From contig JBAMMA010000006.1 of the NCBI GenBank assembly GCA_039794005.1, forward strand, positions 32,001 through 96,000: a stretch of 64,000 nt of DNA, in the 5' to 3' direction. Below, piece by piece: positions 9,717 to 19,547 of this stretch; positions within the stretch are counted from its first letter, which is position 1; each line of letters starts with the position of its first letter. Source of the stretch: Thermoplasmata archaeon. Its GTDB lineage: Archaea; Thermoplasmatota; Thermoplasmata; Thermoplasmatales; ARK-15. The position numbers were made by a program, and so were the translations under genes. Under the pieces are notes generated by a model that did no database searches, was not told the DNA's origin, and was given only the letters and a program-made list of their open reading frames with translations.

Positions 9717-10864
9717 ATCCCCTTTTTTAATATGCATAAAAAAGCATAATAAAATAACAATCTTAATTTTTATCCCTTATAATTCGGATTTAGATGATAA
9801 TTTATATGATTATTCAAATATTTATTTTCTAATCTTGAAAAAATTGTACATTGGCCTGGCATTACAAGATTTATATTGTTAATTAAAAGAGTATTTTTTC
9901 TTTCATTGATTTTATTTAATATCTATGACCTATACGTTCTGACAGGTATCATGATTAAATTTAATACAAAATATTATTCATGAAAATGGAAAGATAAAAT
10001 TGGCAGGAGTTTTTTACAATAATGCCTTTTCCCATCATCTATTTTCTTCCTTTCAATTTTATTATTTTTAAAATTAAATTTTCTAATTGTATTTTTTTGT
10101 ACCTGGGCATCGTTTTAAGCACAATTCATTTTCATGCAATAAAGACATGTATAGTGAATATAAAAACAAAATTCAAAAAATTTTAATCAAATAATATAAA
10201 TGACGAATTTTGGGGAAGCATAAAATCTCTTATATTTTCAATATCATAAGAAATCAATTTTTTATTATATTTTTTGCATAAATAGCATCTTTAAATGAAA
10301 CGTATTTTCCAAAGATTGAAGAAATCGTTTAATTCTCATTGAAAATATTAAAATAAGACAGATTTTATGATTTTATTCCGGTCAGCGTAATTCAGATCTT
10401 TGATCTGGGATAGAACAAAGTGATTAAAAACTATACTTTCTACTTTAAAAATCTCGTGTCATGGATATAAGTTATAAATATTAATTTAAAGGAATACTCG
10501 TTAAAGTTTTCCAATCCAATATCCAGACCTATGTCAGAGTCTAAAAAGATATATCATCCTTGATGTACTTTTCCGTATTCTTAATTCTTTTTTGTTTTTT
10601 TATTTTTATGTCTATTTTTGCTTCTTGTTAAAAAATGGCCAAAAAACACAGAAAATAATAATAGAATCTAACATAAATGGAATGCATAGAGGCATATAAA
10701 ATTTAATTACAGGCTTCGATATTTTTTTAAATATATATTAGCAAATATTATCTTTATGTATTGAAATCCACACCATACATATTCTGAATTTATATAACAT
10801 TTATAAAAGATTATCAATATATTTTTACATTTTGTCTCCTTATTGAATATTGCCAATTAAAAAA

Positions 10865-12094
10865 TTAATTTCTGGAATATATCCATGAAAGAAGAATAGG
10901 TGAAAGAAAAGTTGTACCAATTGTAACAAAAATTGCAGAAGAATAAAGTTCATTGTTTATTATACCGTATAAAAAGGCGTCGTTTGAAAGTATGAGGCCT
11001 ATTTCACCCATAGAAAGGAGACCTGCCCCTATAATTATCGATTCCTTTTTTTTATAATTCAACAACCAAGCAGGAATTGCTGCACCGGATAGTTTTGATA
11101 TGACCGCAATAGCAAAAATTATTAGGGATATTATTAAAACATTGTATATTATATGTATATTTACTAGCATTCCAACAAAGACAAAAAATATTGGTGTAAA
11201 GAAATCCCGGAGACTTTGAGAATATGTCATTAGATTCTCTTTCCCCTCTATACCAGATAGGATTAGACCAAATGCATATGCACCAACTATTATTGTGAGA
11301 TTCAATGAAAGGGATATCAATACGAAAATGAAAAGCAAAAGCATTATGAATGAAAATCTTGTTATCTCATTTTTGAATGTAAAAATCATTTTATTTACAT
11401 ATCTTTTTAATTTAAGACCTATAAACAATGATATGGACCAGAATATGATAACATCGATTATCAAAAAAATTATAGATGTATAACTGAAAATTGTGTTAAT
11501 ACCGGTTATGATTGCAATTAATGTTATGCTTATCACATCCACAATAACTGTGGAGCTCATTATTGCTATACCTTCCCTTGAATTTATTTTTCCCATGTCG
11601 TACAATAGCTTTGCTGTTATTCCGGTGGAACTTGATGTTAGAACGGCACCTATGAACAGGGCCATCGAGACATTATATGTATAAAAATAAATGAATAAAA
11701 AACCAAGAAAGAATGGTAACATAGTTTCTCCAATTGAAATTATTAATGATTTTTCCATTGCCCTTACAAACTTTTCGATATCTGTATTTAAACCTACATG
11801 GAAAAGAAGTAATATAATGCCGATTTCGGCAAATATATAGAACGCCTGTGGTACAGGTATTGTTCCAGACACAGGAGCAAGAAAACCAGAATCTGTTTCT
11901 GGTATCAGGGTAAATCCGATTATTGAAATCGAACCCAGGGCATATGGGCCTATGACTATTCCGGTTATTATTTCACTTACTACCTCTGGAAGATTAAAAT
12001 ATCTTTTCCCTATGGATGAAAAAATCCTGGCAACAAGGAGGCTTACGCTGACCAATATGAGAAAATGGATAATTTCAAAGATAATGTTCATCAT
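10865..12094 (-). CDS. Cation:proton antiporter (CPA2, Kef/NapA type)
   Basis: About 12 TM helices; EIGIILLLFHVGL, SSTGITAKLL, F.PIFFVFVG and MGEIGLI. Confidence 0.88.
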   Translation of the reverse strand: MMNIIFEIIHFLILVSVSLLVARIFSSIGKRYFNLPEVVSEIITGIVIGPYALGSISIIGFTLIPETDSGFLAPVSGTIPVPQAFYIFAEIGIILLLFHVGLNTDIEKFVRAMEKSLIISIGETMLPFFLGFLFIYFYTYNVSMALFIGAVLTSSSTGITAKLLYDMGKINSREGIAIMSSTVIVDVISITLIAIITGINTIFSYTSIIFLIIDVIIFWSISLFIGLKLKRYVNKMIFTFKNEITRFSFIMLLLFIFVLISLSLNLTIIVGAYAFGLILSGIEGKENLMTYSQSLRDFFTPIFFVFVGMLVNIHIIYNVLIISLIIFAIAVISKLSGAAIPAWLLNYKKKESIIIGAGLLSMGEIGLILSNDAFLYGIINNELYSSAIFVTIGTTFLSPILLSWIYSRN

Positions 12095-12224
12095 AAATAT
12101 AATGAAAAATAAATAGAAGAATATTTTTTTATAATTAATTTATAAATTAAAATCATTAATATTTATTTATGAATAAGGAAAGTTTATAATTAAAGATTAA
12201 AATGATAAAACATAGGTGGAATGT

Positions 12225-12764
12225 ATGGGGAAGATCCTGGTAGGAGAAGTTATGTCAAGCAATCCTCTTATGATGGAAAAGGATGTTATTTTATTTGACG
12301 CAATAAAAATTTCAGTGAATAAAGGTGCAAGCGCTATAATAGTAACAGACAAAGACATTCCTGTAGGTATCGTTACTGACAGGGATATCATAACAAAGGT
12401 TTTTTACAGGGCTTTGAACCCCTTTGAGATAAAGCTTGAAGATATAATGACAAAACCCATAATAACGATAAGAAAGGATGATCCACTAGAAAAGGCTGCA
12501 ATGATTATAAACAAAAAAAAGATAAGGAAACTTCCAGTGATAGATGATGGAAAGATAGTTGGCCTCCTTTCGGAGAACAACATAGTGAAAATCTCACCCT
12601 ACCTCCTTGTGATTGCTGAAAAAGAGGAGAGCAATGAAAATGAAAAAGAGATTGATGAGGATATATATTATACCGGCATATGCGAGGGGTGTGGGAAGTT
12701 CAGTCATGAACTTAAATACAAAAACGGGATGTTTTTGTGCCCGGATTGCATTAAGGATTATTGA
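12225..12764 (+). CDS. CBS-pair protein with C-terminal Cys4 zinc finger
   Basis: Two CBS domains (VGIVTDRDI; LPVIDDGKIVGLLS) and CEGC...CPDC. AGGTGG RBS before ATG 12225. Confidence 0.85.
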   Translation: MGKILVGEVMSSNPLMMEKDVILFDAIKISVNKGASAIIVTDKDIPVGIVTDRDIITKVFYRALNPFEIKLEDIMTKPIITIRKDDPLEKAAMIINKKKIRKLPVIDDGKIVGLLSENNIVKISPYLLVIAEKEESNENEKEIDEDIYYTGICEGCGKFSHELKYKNGMFLCPDCIKDY

Positions 12765-12773
12765 GGTGGTAAG

Positions 12774-13448
12774 ATGAAAATTACATGGTTGGGACATGCG
12801 GCTGCGATAATTGAAGGAAAAAAGAGGATACTGGTAGATCCATTCCTAGATGACAATCCATCGTCAAAATTGAAAAAGGATGATGTTAAGGCCGATCTTA
12901 TTTTAGTAACACATGGCCATGGAGATCATCTCGGAGATTCAATATACATATCCAAAAAGTTGAACATACCAATAGTGGCAATATACGAATTGGCGGAATA
13001 TATCTCATCTAAAGGTGCAGAATCAATTGGAATGAACTTTTCTGGTACATTCGATTTTGATGGTGTGAAAATAACTATGGTACCTGCATTGCATTCATCA
13101 GGTATAAGCGAGGACGGTTTTCAACACTCTGGTGGCCTTCCATGTGGATATATTATAAGGGACGAGAAGACAATATACCATGCAGGGGATACTGGGATAT
13201 TTGGGGATATGGAATTAATAGGCAAACTCTATTCACCAGACATATCGTTATTACCGATAGGTGGATTCTTCACCATGGGTGTTGATGAGGCTGTTCTTGC
13301 CGCTAAAATGCTTAGGACTAAATATGTAATCCCTATACACTATAATACCTGGGACCCAATTAGAGCAAATCCGGAAGAATTAAAGAAGAAGTTGTCGGGG
13401 ATTTCAGAAGTGATAATATTAAAACCTGGAGAGACAGCTTCATTTTAA
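12774..13448 (+). CDS. Metal-dependent hydrolase, metallo-beta-lactamase fold (UPF0173)
   Basis: WLGHA, THGHGDH, YHAGDT and PIHYNTW. Confidence 0.9.
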   Translation: MKITWLGHAAAIIEGKKRILVDPFLDDNPSSKLKKDDVKADLILVTHGHGDHLGDSIYISKKLNIPIVAIYELAEYISSKGAESIGMNFSGTFDFDGVKITMVPALHSSGISEDGFQHSGGLPCGYIIRDEKTIYHAGDTGIFGDMELIGKLYSPDISLLPIGGFFTMGVDEAVLAAKMLRTKYVIPIHYNTWDPIRANPEELKKKLSGISEVIILKPGETASF

Positions 13449-13464
13449 AATTTTTTGATTTTTT

Positions 13465-14361
13465 ATGCTTGAAGTTAAAATATCATCGTTAAAATTGAGA
13501 AATCCCCTCATGTTGGCCAGTGGTATTCTTGATGAGCAAGCAGATTCAATGATCAAAGCCTATGAAATGGGAGCATCTGCTGTGGTGACAAAATCTATAG
13601 GTATTGATGAAAGAGATGGTTATGATAACCCTGTCATTTACGAAACCGATACTGGTCTAATAAATGCGATCGGTCTTGCAAACCCAGGCATTCATAATTT
13701 TAAAGATGAGGTATTAAAGCTAAAAAGTAAAAAAATTCCTGTCATAATGTCAATATTTGGGAAGCCGGATGAATTTATAACACTGGCAAAAAAAGCAGAG
13801 GATTTTGGTGTGGATGCAATAGAATTAAATCTATCCTGCCCACATGTGAAGGGATATGGCTCTGAAATTGGTCAAGACCCTGAAATGGTGGAATATATTG
13901 TTAAAGAAGTGAAGAAAAACGTGAAAATACCTGTTTTCACAAAATTGACCCCCAATGTTACAAATATAGTTGATATAGCAAAATCTGCGGAAAGATCCGA
14001 TGCATTGGTGTTAATAAACACGGTTAAATCCATAGCCATAGATGTATGGTCTAAAAGACCTGTCCTTTCAAACAGATTTGGAGGTTATTCAGGGCCTGGA
14101 ATTAAACCAATAGGTTTAAGGGCTGTTTACGATGTAAGAAAAGAAATGGATATTCCTATCATAGGTGTTGGTGGTATATTAAACTGGAGAGATGCAGTTG
14201 AATACATACTTGCGGGGGCAAATGCGCTTCAGATAGGTACTGCAATATATTACTATGGATGGAATGTATTTAATGATATAAATGAAGGTATTAAAAAATA
14301 CATGGAAAGTGAAGGTTTTAAAAGCATAGATGAATTTTCAGGCTTGGCACAAAAGTGGTAA
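13465..14361 (+). CDS. pyrD: Dihydroorotate dehydrogenase family 1B, catalytic subunit
   Basis: NAIGLANPG, ELNLSCPH, KLTPN, INT and GGYSGPGIKP. Confidence 0.95.
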   Translation: MLEVKISSLKLRNPLMLASGILDEQADSMIKAYEMGASAVVTKSIGIDERDGYDNPVIYETDTGLINAIGLANPGIHNFKDEVLKLKSKKIPVIMSIFGKPDEFITLAKKAEDFGVDAIELNLSCPHVKGYGSEIGQDPEMVEYIVKEVKKNVKIPVFTKLTPNVTNIVDIAKSAERSDALVLINTVKSIAIDVWSKRPVLSNRFGGYSGPGIKPIGLRAVYDVRKEMDIPIIGVGGILNWRDAVEYILAGANALQIGTAIYYYGWNVFNDINEGIKKYMESEGFKSIDEFSGLAQKW

Positions 14362-14363
14362 TA

Positions 14364-15110
14364 ATGTACATGAGGGAAAAAATAATTGAAAGGGTTAGAG
14401 AAAGCGAACATGTTTATACACTAAAATTTAAAAGTGAAATGAAGGTGAAACCAGGACAGTTTGCAATGGTATGGTTACCGGGCGTTGATGAAATTCCTCT
14501 GAGTTTTTCATATGTGGATGAAATAAAGGGATTTACATTCAAGGTAGTTGGAAATGGAACAAGAGAACTTAGCAAATATGATGTGGATGATTACATCATA
14601 TTTCGAGGACCTTATGGAAATTGGTACTATGATGATGGTGAAAAAGCCTTATTTATAGCTGGAGGTACGGGAATAGCTTCAATTGCACCATTCATTGAAA
14701 AATCTAATGCCAAAAAAAAGTTTGCAATATTGGGAGCAAAATCAAAAGGTGAAATATTTTTCTATAATAGAATAAAAAATAGTGTGGATGATATTCTTGT
14801 ATTTACAGAAGATGGATCATTCGGTGAAAAGGGGATTGTTACGGACGGTCTTTCAAGATTCGATTATGACATTATTTATGCATGCGGACCTGAAAAAATG
14901 GTTAAAAACATATTAAGTAAAAAACAAATCAAAATGCAGGCAAGTCTCGAAAGGTTGATGAAATGCGGTATAGGGATATGCGATTCTTGCTCTATAAATG
15001 GATATAGAGTATGCAAAGATGGACCAGTATTCAGCTATGATATACTAATAAACATGGAAGACCTTGGAAATATAAATAGGTCGGCATCTGGAAAAATTGT
15101 AAAAATGTGA
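14364..15110 (+). CDS. pyrK: Dihydroorotate dehydrogenase electron transfer subunit
   Basis: PGQFAMVW, RGPYGN, AGGTGIA and the [2Fe-2S] motif MKCGIGICDSC...VCKDGPVF; follows pyrD. Confidence 0.93.
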   Translation: MYMREKIIERVRESEHVYTLKFKSEMKVKPGQFAMVWLPGVDEIPLSFSYVDEIKGFTFKVVGNGTRELSKYDVDDYIIFRGPYGNWYYDDGEKALFIAGGTGIASIAPFIEKSNAKKKFAILGAKSKGEIFFYNRIKNSVDDILVFTEDGSFGEKGIVTDGLSRFDYDIIYACGPEKMVKNILSKKQIKMQASLERLMKCGIGICDSCSINGYRVCKDGPVFSYDILINMEDLGNINRSASGKIVKM

Positions 15111-15115
15111 TTTAA

Positions 15116-15922
15116 ATGAATGCATATTTTAAAATAATCAGGCCTGTAAATTCATTCATGTCCGCATTCTCAGTTATTGTTTTATCCATTTCAATAGGAA
15201 AAATTGATTTTATAAAAATATTATTTGGTATGTTAGTTACATTTCTTACAACATCTGGTGGTAATGTTATAAATGATTATTTTGATTATGAAATAGACAA
15301 AATAAACCATCCGGAGAGACCCATTCCCTCTGGAAAGATTGATAGAAATCATGCCCTATACTATTCAATTTTACTTTTTATTTTAAGCGTTATATTTTCG
15401 ATATTTCTGGGAATAATACCTTTAATAATAGATGTGATTGCTATTTTATTGTTGATAACATATGAATATAAAACAAAAAATGTTGGTTTCATAGGGAATT
15501 TACAAATTTCATTCTTAATATTCATGTTGTTTCTCTTTACAGGTTCAATATATTCAGAATATATTTTACCGTCCCTGCTAGGTGTTATGGCAATGTTTTC
15601 AAATCTTGCAAGGGAAATAACAAAAGATGTTGAGGACGTTGAGGGAGATATAAACAGAGTAACGTTACCTAAGAGGATTGGAATAAAAAAATCGCTTTGG
15701 ACATCCACAATTTTTGTTTTATTATCTGTTTCATTATCACCCCTACCATACTTCTTAAAATTCTATAATATTTATTATATTATAATAGTATCAATTGCAG
15801 ATGCTATATTTTTATATTCTTCTTACATACAATGGAAAGATCAAAGGAAAGGTCAAAAATATTTGAAATTGGCAATGATAATTGCCTTGATCTCATTCCT
15901 CATCGGAGGTCTGTTTAGATGA
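15116..15922 (+). CDS. Digeranylgeranylglyceryl phosphate synthase (UbiA prenyltransferase)
   Basis: NDYFDYEIDKINHPERPIPSG and REITKDVEDVEGD; adjacent to GGGP synthase. Confidence 0.9.
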   Translation: MNAYFKIIRPVNSFMSAFSVIVLSISIGKIDFIKILFGMLVTFLTTSGGNVINDYFDYEIDKINHPERPIPSGKIDRNHALYYSILLFILSVIFSIFLGIIPLIIDVIAILLLITYEYKTKNVGFIGNLQISFLIFMLFLFTGSIYSEYILPSLLGVMAMFSNLAREITKDVEDVEGDINRVTLPKRIGIKKSLWTSTIFVLLSVSLSPLPYFLKFYNIYYIIIVSIADAIFLYSSYIQWKDQRKGQKYLKLAMIIALISFLIGGLFR

Positions 15923-16665
15923 ATGTTGAAAAATATTTGATTGAAAAAATAAAGAATGAAAAAGTGCACCTCACATTAATAGATCCCGCTAAACAGAGCC
16001 CTGAGAAGGCTGGAGAAATTGCAAAAAATATAGAAAAATCCGGGTCTGACGGAATAATGATCGGTGGCTCAACACATATTACAAATGATTTAATGGACAA
16101 CACAATATTAAAAATCAAGGAAAATTCATCACTTCCGGTTATAATTTTCCCAAGCGGAGTAAGCAGTATTTCAAAACATGCTGACGCTATATTTTTCATG
16201 AGCATGTTGAATTCATCATCCAGGGAATTTTTAATAGAGCATCAGGTTATGGCATCTAAGCCGATTAAAGATATGAAGATAGAACCAATATCAATGGCCT
16301 ATCTGGTTGTTGAACCCGGTATGACTGTTGGAAAAGTAGGAAGGGCAATTTTAATAAAAAGGGATGACATAAGAACAGCAGTTTCATATGCTTTGGCCGC
16401 CCAGTTCCTAGGATTCCACTTTGTTTATTTGGAGGCTGGTTCTGGTGCACCTGATCCTGTAAGCGAGGAAATGGTAAAGGCTGTTAAAAGCGAAATAGAC
16501 ATTCCCCTGATAGTTGGTGGGGGTATAAGAACACCCGAAAAGGCAAAAAGTATTGCCTCATCCGGGGCCGATATAATAGTTACGGGCACACTCGTTGAAA
16601 AGCATCAAAATTACGGGGAAATCATAGAATCGATAGTTAAAAGCATAAAAAATATTAAATATTAA
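15919..16665 (+). CDS. Geranylgeranylglyceryl phosphate synthase
   Basis: HLTLIDP, IMIGGS, YLEAGSGA, VGGGIR and GADIIVTG. Confidence 0.93.
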   Translation: MNVEKYLIEKIKNEKVHLTLIDPAKQSPEKAGEIAKNIEKSGSDGIMIGGSTHITNDLMDNTILKIKENSSLPVIIFPSGVSSISKHADAIFFMSMLNSSSREFLIEHQVMASKPIKDMKIEPISMAYLVVEPGMTVGKVGRAILIKRDDIRTAVSYALAAQFLGFHFVYLEAGSGAPDPVSEEMVKAVKSEIDIPLIVGGGIRTPEKAKSIASSGADIIVTGTLVEKHQNYGEIIESIVKSIKNIKY

Positions 16666-16685
16666 AATGATTATATTCATTTTGA

Positions 16686-17009
16686 ATGCTTATTAAAGAC
16701 AAGAATAATAAGGATGCAGAAAATACAGATTTATCTCTATCAATACTCTATGATAAAGAGAAGAATATTGAGAACGAAATAAAGGAGATATCTCTGGAAA
16801 TTACAAAAATAAAGAATGATCTGACAGAAATCAAAAAATCGCTCGGTATTCTGCAGAACAGTCTTTCCACTTTAAATGTTATATCCACAAAAATAAGCTC
16901 AATTGAATTCACTTTGAATGATAAACTTGATAAAAAAACGGATGAAATCGTATCAACCATATTAACGACAATTCCGGAAAAAAAAGAAAGAAAGAAAAAA
17001 AATTTATAA
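16686..17009 (+). CDS. Hypothetical coiled-coil protein (107 aa)
   Basis: Heptad-like pattern over about 60 residues with a basic C-terminus; 12 nt upstream of the ATPase start. Confidence 0.6.
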   Translation: MLIKDKNNKDAENTDLSLSILYDKEKNIENEIKEISLEITKIKNDLTEIKKSLGILQNSLSTLNVISTKISSIEFTLNDKLDKKTDEIVSTILTTIPEKKERKKKNL

Positions 17010-17021
17010 TGGTTGATTGAA

Positions 17022-19547
17022 ATGGGAGGGGAATTAGACGTTAAAAATAATGCATATTATTTTAGCTTTCCCAACGTTCATGTAGACAAGGAAACGCACA
17101 AAGATTTGTCTTTGATATATTCCAACTATGTACATTCAACGCACAGATCATTTGGAATAGGCATTTTTGTAAATAATGGGAACGTAAATTTCTTTACATC
17201 TAACGATGACATATATTCATTGAAAACGATTTACAAGAATTTAGAGAGGGATCATATAATAGGTAAATTTGATATCAGGAATTTTAATCATAATTTTACA
17301 TCTGCATTTACGAAAAAGGATTTTATAAATCCGTATAATGAAAGGATAGATTTTTTTGAACACATAATATCTTACATTTCATGGTTCCACGATATATCTT
17401 TTCTGCTTTACATACTTCTCGAACCTTGGTATTATGAAAAAAATAGGAAGGTTTTCAAAATAAGGATTAAACTTTCACTTGATGATAAAAATTATTCGGA
17501 TAGATTGATATCAATAATAGAATCCTACTGGGGAAATGCTAACAATAGATTGAAAATGGTTCCTGAAAATAGGATTAACATATTTTACAAAAAGTATGCA
17601 TATTTGGATAACAAATTCTTTCATACAATAATTCCTTATCCAGGGGAGCACATATTAAAAATTAAAAAGAAAAATATCGAAAATGATATAAAGATAAGAA
17701 TACCGATTGGAAATGATTCTGTATCATCAGAGGAGATTAATTTATTGTTAAATGAATATGATGGTTCTACAACATTTATAATAGGACAAACAGGTTCTGG
17801 TAAAAGTACTCTTTTATTAAACATTTTTTCAAGAATTAAAGAATTGGATTATCCAATAATAGTTCTAGATCCGACGGGAGATTTGGCCAGAAAGATGATT
17901 AATATAACTGACGATAAAAGAACAATATACATTTCTCCCATTGAAGTTCCTGTTTCAATGAATTTGATGAAGAGTGCACATGAAAATATAAAATATAGTG
18001 CTCCCAAAATTGCTGAAGATTTAATAATGATGTTAAAAGATGTTACAGAGAGCGAATCAAAAATACCCGGAGGCCTTGTTGGGACAAAAATTGAAGATAT
18101 AATAAGAAATTCCGTTGCCGGTTTGGCAGAACTGCCAAATACAACAATTCTTGACATTTATGATATTATTTCAAATGAGGAAAAGAGGAAAATGTTTCAT
18201 TCGATTTCAAAAAACGAGGAGTTTAAAAATTTCCTTGAAAGAATTGAAGATATGGATGATGAAGACATTGGAAGCACCAGGAGGGTATTATCATTCATAA
18301 AAACGAATCCAATTTTAAAAGAAATGTTATGTTCACGATCACCACTCTTTGACTTCGAGGAAATATTTGAAAAAAATATGATTGTGATCATAGACGGAGA
18401 TAGATCTAACATAGGTGAAAATGTATCTAAATTCATATTATCTTCAATGTTGACAATGATATGGATAAATGTGCAGAGGAAAAATAAAAAGGCATTTTTA
18501 ATATTGGATGAAATACAGGACTATTCAAATTCATCGCTGAATGAAATGGTATCAATGGGAAGGAAAAATAATGTTGAAATACTGATGGCAACAACACATC
18601 TGTCATCTTTAAAACCCGGCATCATAGATTCTCTTATGGCAAATGCAAAAAATTTCGTTATATTTAAGAGCTCACCTTCAGACGCGAGGGATTTTTCAGA
18701 AAAGATAGGAATTGACAAAAACGTTTTAATTAATCTGGATATTGGAAAGGCATACTTCCATTCATCTTATTATTCGGGAATAATAAACACACATAATATC
18801 AAATTTATTGAAAAGGATTACAGAAATATAATTTCTTATTCAAAAATGTATGTTCATAACATTCCAAAGAAAAATAAATCCATTATTTATGACACAATAT
18901 TTTTGAAATCCATGAACGTTGAGCCTTCGATTGAAGAAATAAAGAACATCAGGATATATTCAAAAACCGGTGATCAGGATAGCATAGAAGAAGAAATAAA
19001 AAATCTATTGGATAATGGTGAAATTGAGATCAAGAACAGCGTTATATCATTGAAAAACAACATAGTTTTGGATAAAAGGATAGAAAAATTGATTTCCCTT
19101 GGTTTGCTAATTAGGGAAAATGGAGAACACAAATACCTTTGTTTCCCCTATTCGGGTTTTGGATCATTGAACTTTTTTGAAAAGGTAAATGTGGAATTTT
19201 TGGAAAATGAAATAATATTAAACGATAAAATATATTCCCTGGAAGAATTCTTGCAGATAAAGAATGATGATAAATTGCTGAAATTAATTGAAAACATGTT
19301 TGGATCTTTAGATGGGAAAAATATTATAATTACATCATCAAGAAAAATTTCAGAATGTTTTAGAAAATTATATCCGGATGAATCAAAATATTATATGAAT
19401 ACATTGGAAAGAGCTATTAAAAATGAATTGTTGAGGAATAAAAAAGCTGAATTGATAAAAACAAAAATAGGAAAAATATCCATGAGGGTTTTAAAACTAA
19501 ATATTTCCAAAATGCCAGATTGCGATATATACATTGATAATTCATAG
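17022..19547 (+). CDS. FtsK/HerA-superfamily ATPase (VirD4/TraD/DUF87-like) with N- and C-terminal extensions
   Basis: Walker A IIGQTGSGKST, VLDPTGDL, all-alpha insert, Walker B LILDEIQD, arginine finger GRK and 'LMANAKNFVIF'. Confidence 0.8.
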   Translation: MGGELDVKNNAYYFSFPNVHVDKETHKDLSLIYSNYVHSTHRSFGIGIFVNNGNVNFFTSNDDIYSLKTIYKNLERDHIIGKFDIRNFNHNFTSAFTKKDFINPYNERIDFFEHIISYISWFHDISFLLYILLEPWYYEKNRKVFKIRIKLSLDDKNYSDRLISIIESYWGNANNRLKMVPENRINIFYKKYAYLDNKFFHTIIPYPGEHILKIKKKNIENDIKIRIPIGNDSVSSEEINLLLNEYDGSTTFIIGQTGSGKSTLLLNIFSRIKELDYPIIVLDPTGDLARKMINITDDKRTIYISPIEVPVSMNLMKSAHENIKYSAPKIAEDLIMMLKDVTESESKIPGGLVGTKIEDIIRNSVAGLAELPNTTILDIYDIISNEEKRKMFHSISKNEEFKNFLERIEDMDDEDIGSTRRVLSFIKTNPILKEMLCSRSPLFDFEEIFEKNMIVIIDGDRSNIGENVSKFILSSMLTMIWINVQRKNKKAFLILDEIQDYSNSSLNEMVSMGRKNNVEILMATTHLSSLKPGIIDSLMANAKNFVIFKSSPSDARDFSEKIGIDKNVLINLDIGKAYFHSSYYSGIINTHNIKFIEKDYRNIISYSKMYVHNIPKKNKSIIYDTIFLKSMNVEPSIEEIKNIRIYSKTGDQDSIEEEIKNLLDNGEIEIKNSVISLKNNIVLDKRIEKLISLGLLIRENGEHKYLCFPYSGFGSLNFFEKVNVEFLENEIILNDKIYSLEEFLQIKNDDKLLKLIENMFGSLDGKNIIITSSRKISECFRKLYPDESKYYMNTLERAIKNELLRNKKAELIKTKIGKISMRVLKLNISKMPDCDIYIDNS

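Noticed and set aside
10374-10388. ATTCCGGTCAGCG as a possible attR copy of the tRNA-Val 3' end
   Set aside because: Only about 7-8 matching bases, which is expected by chance.
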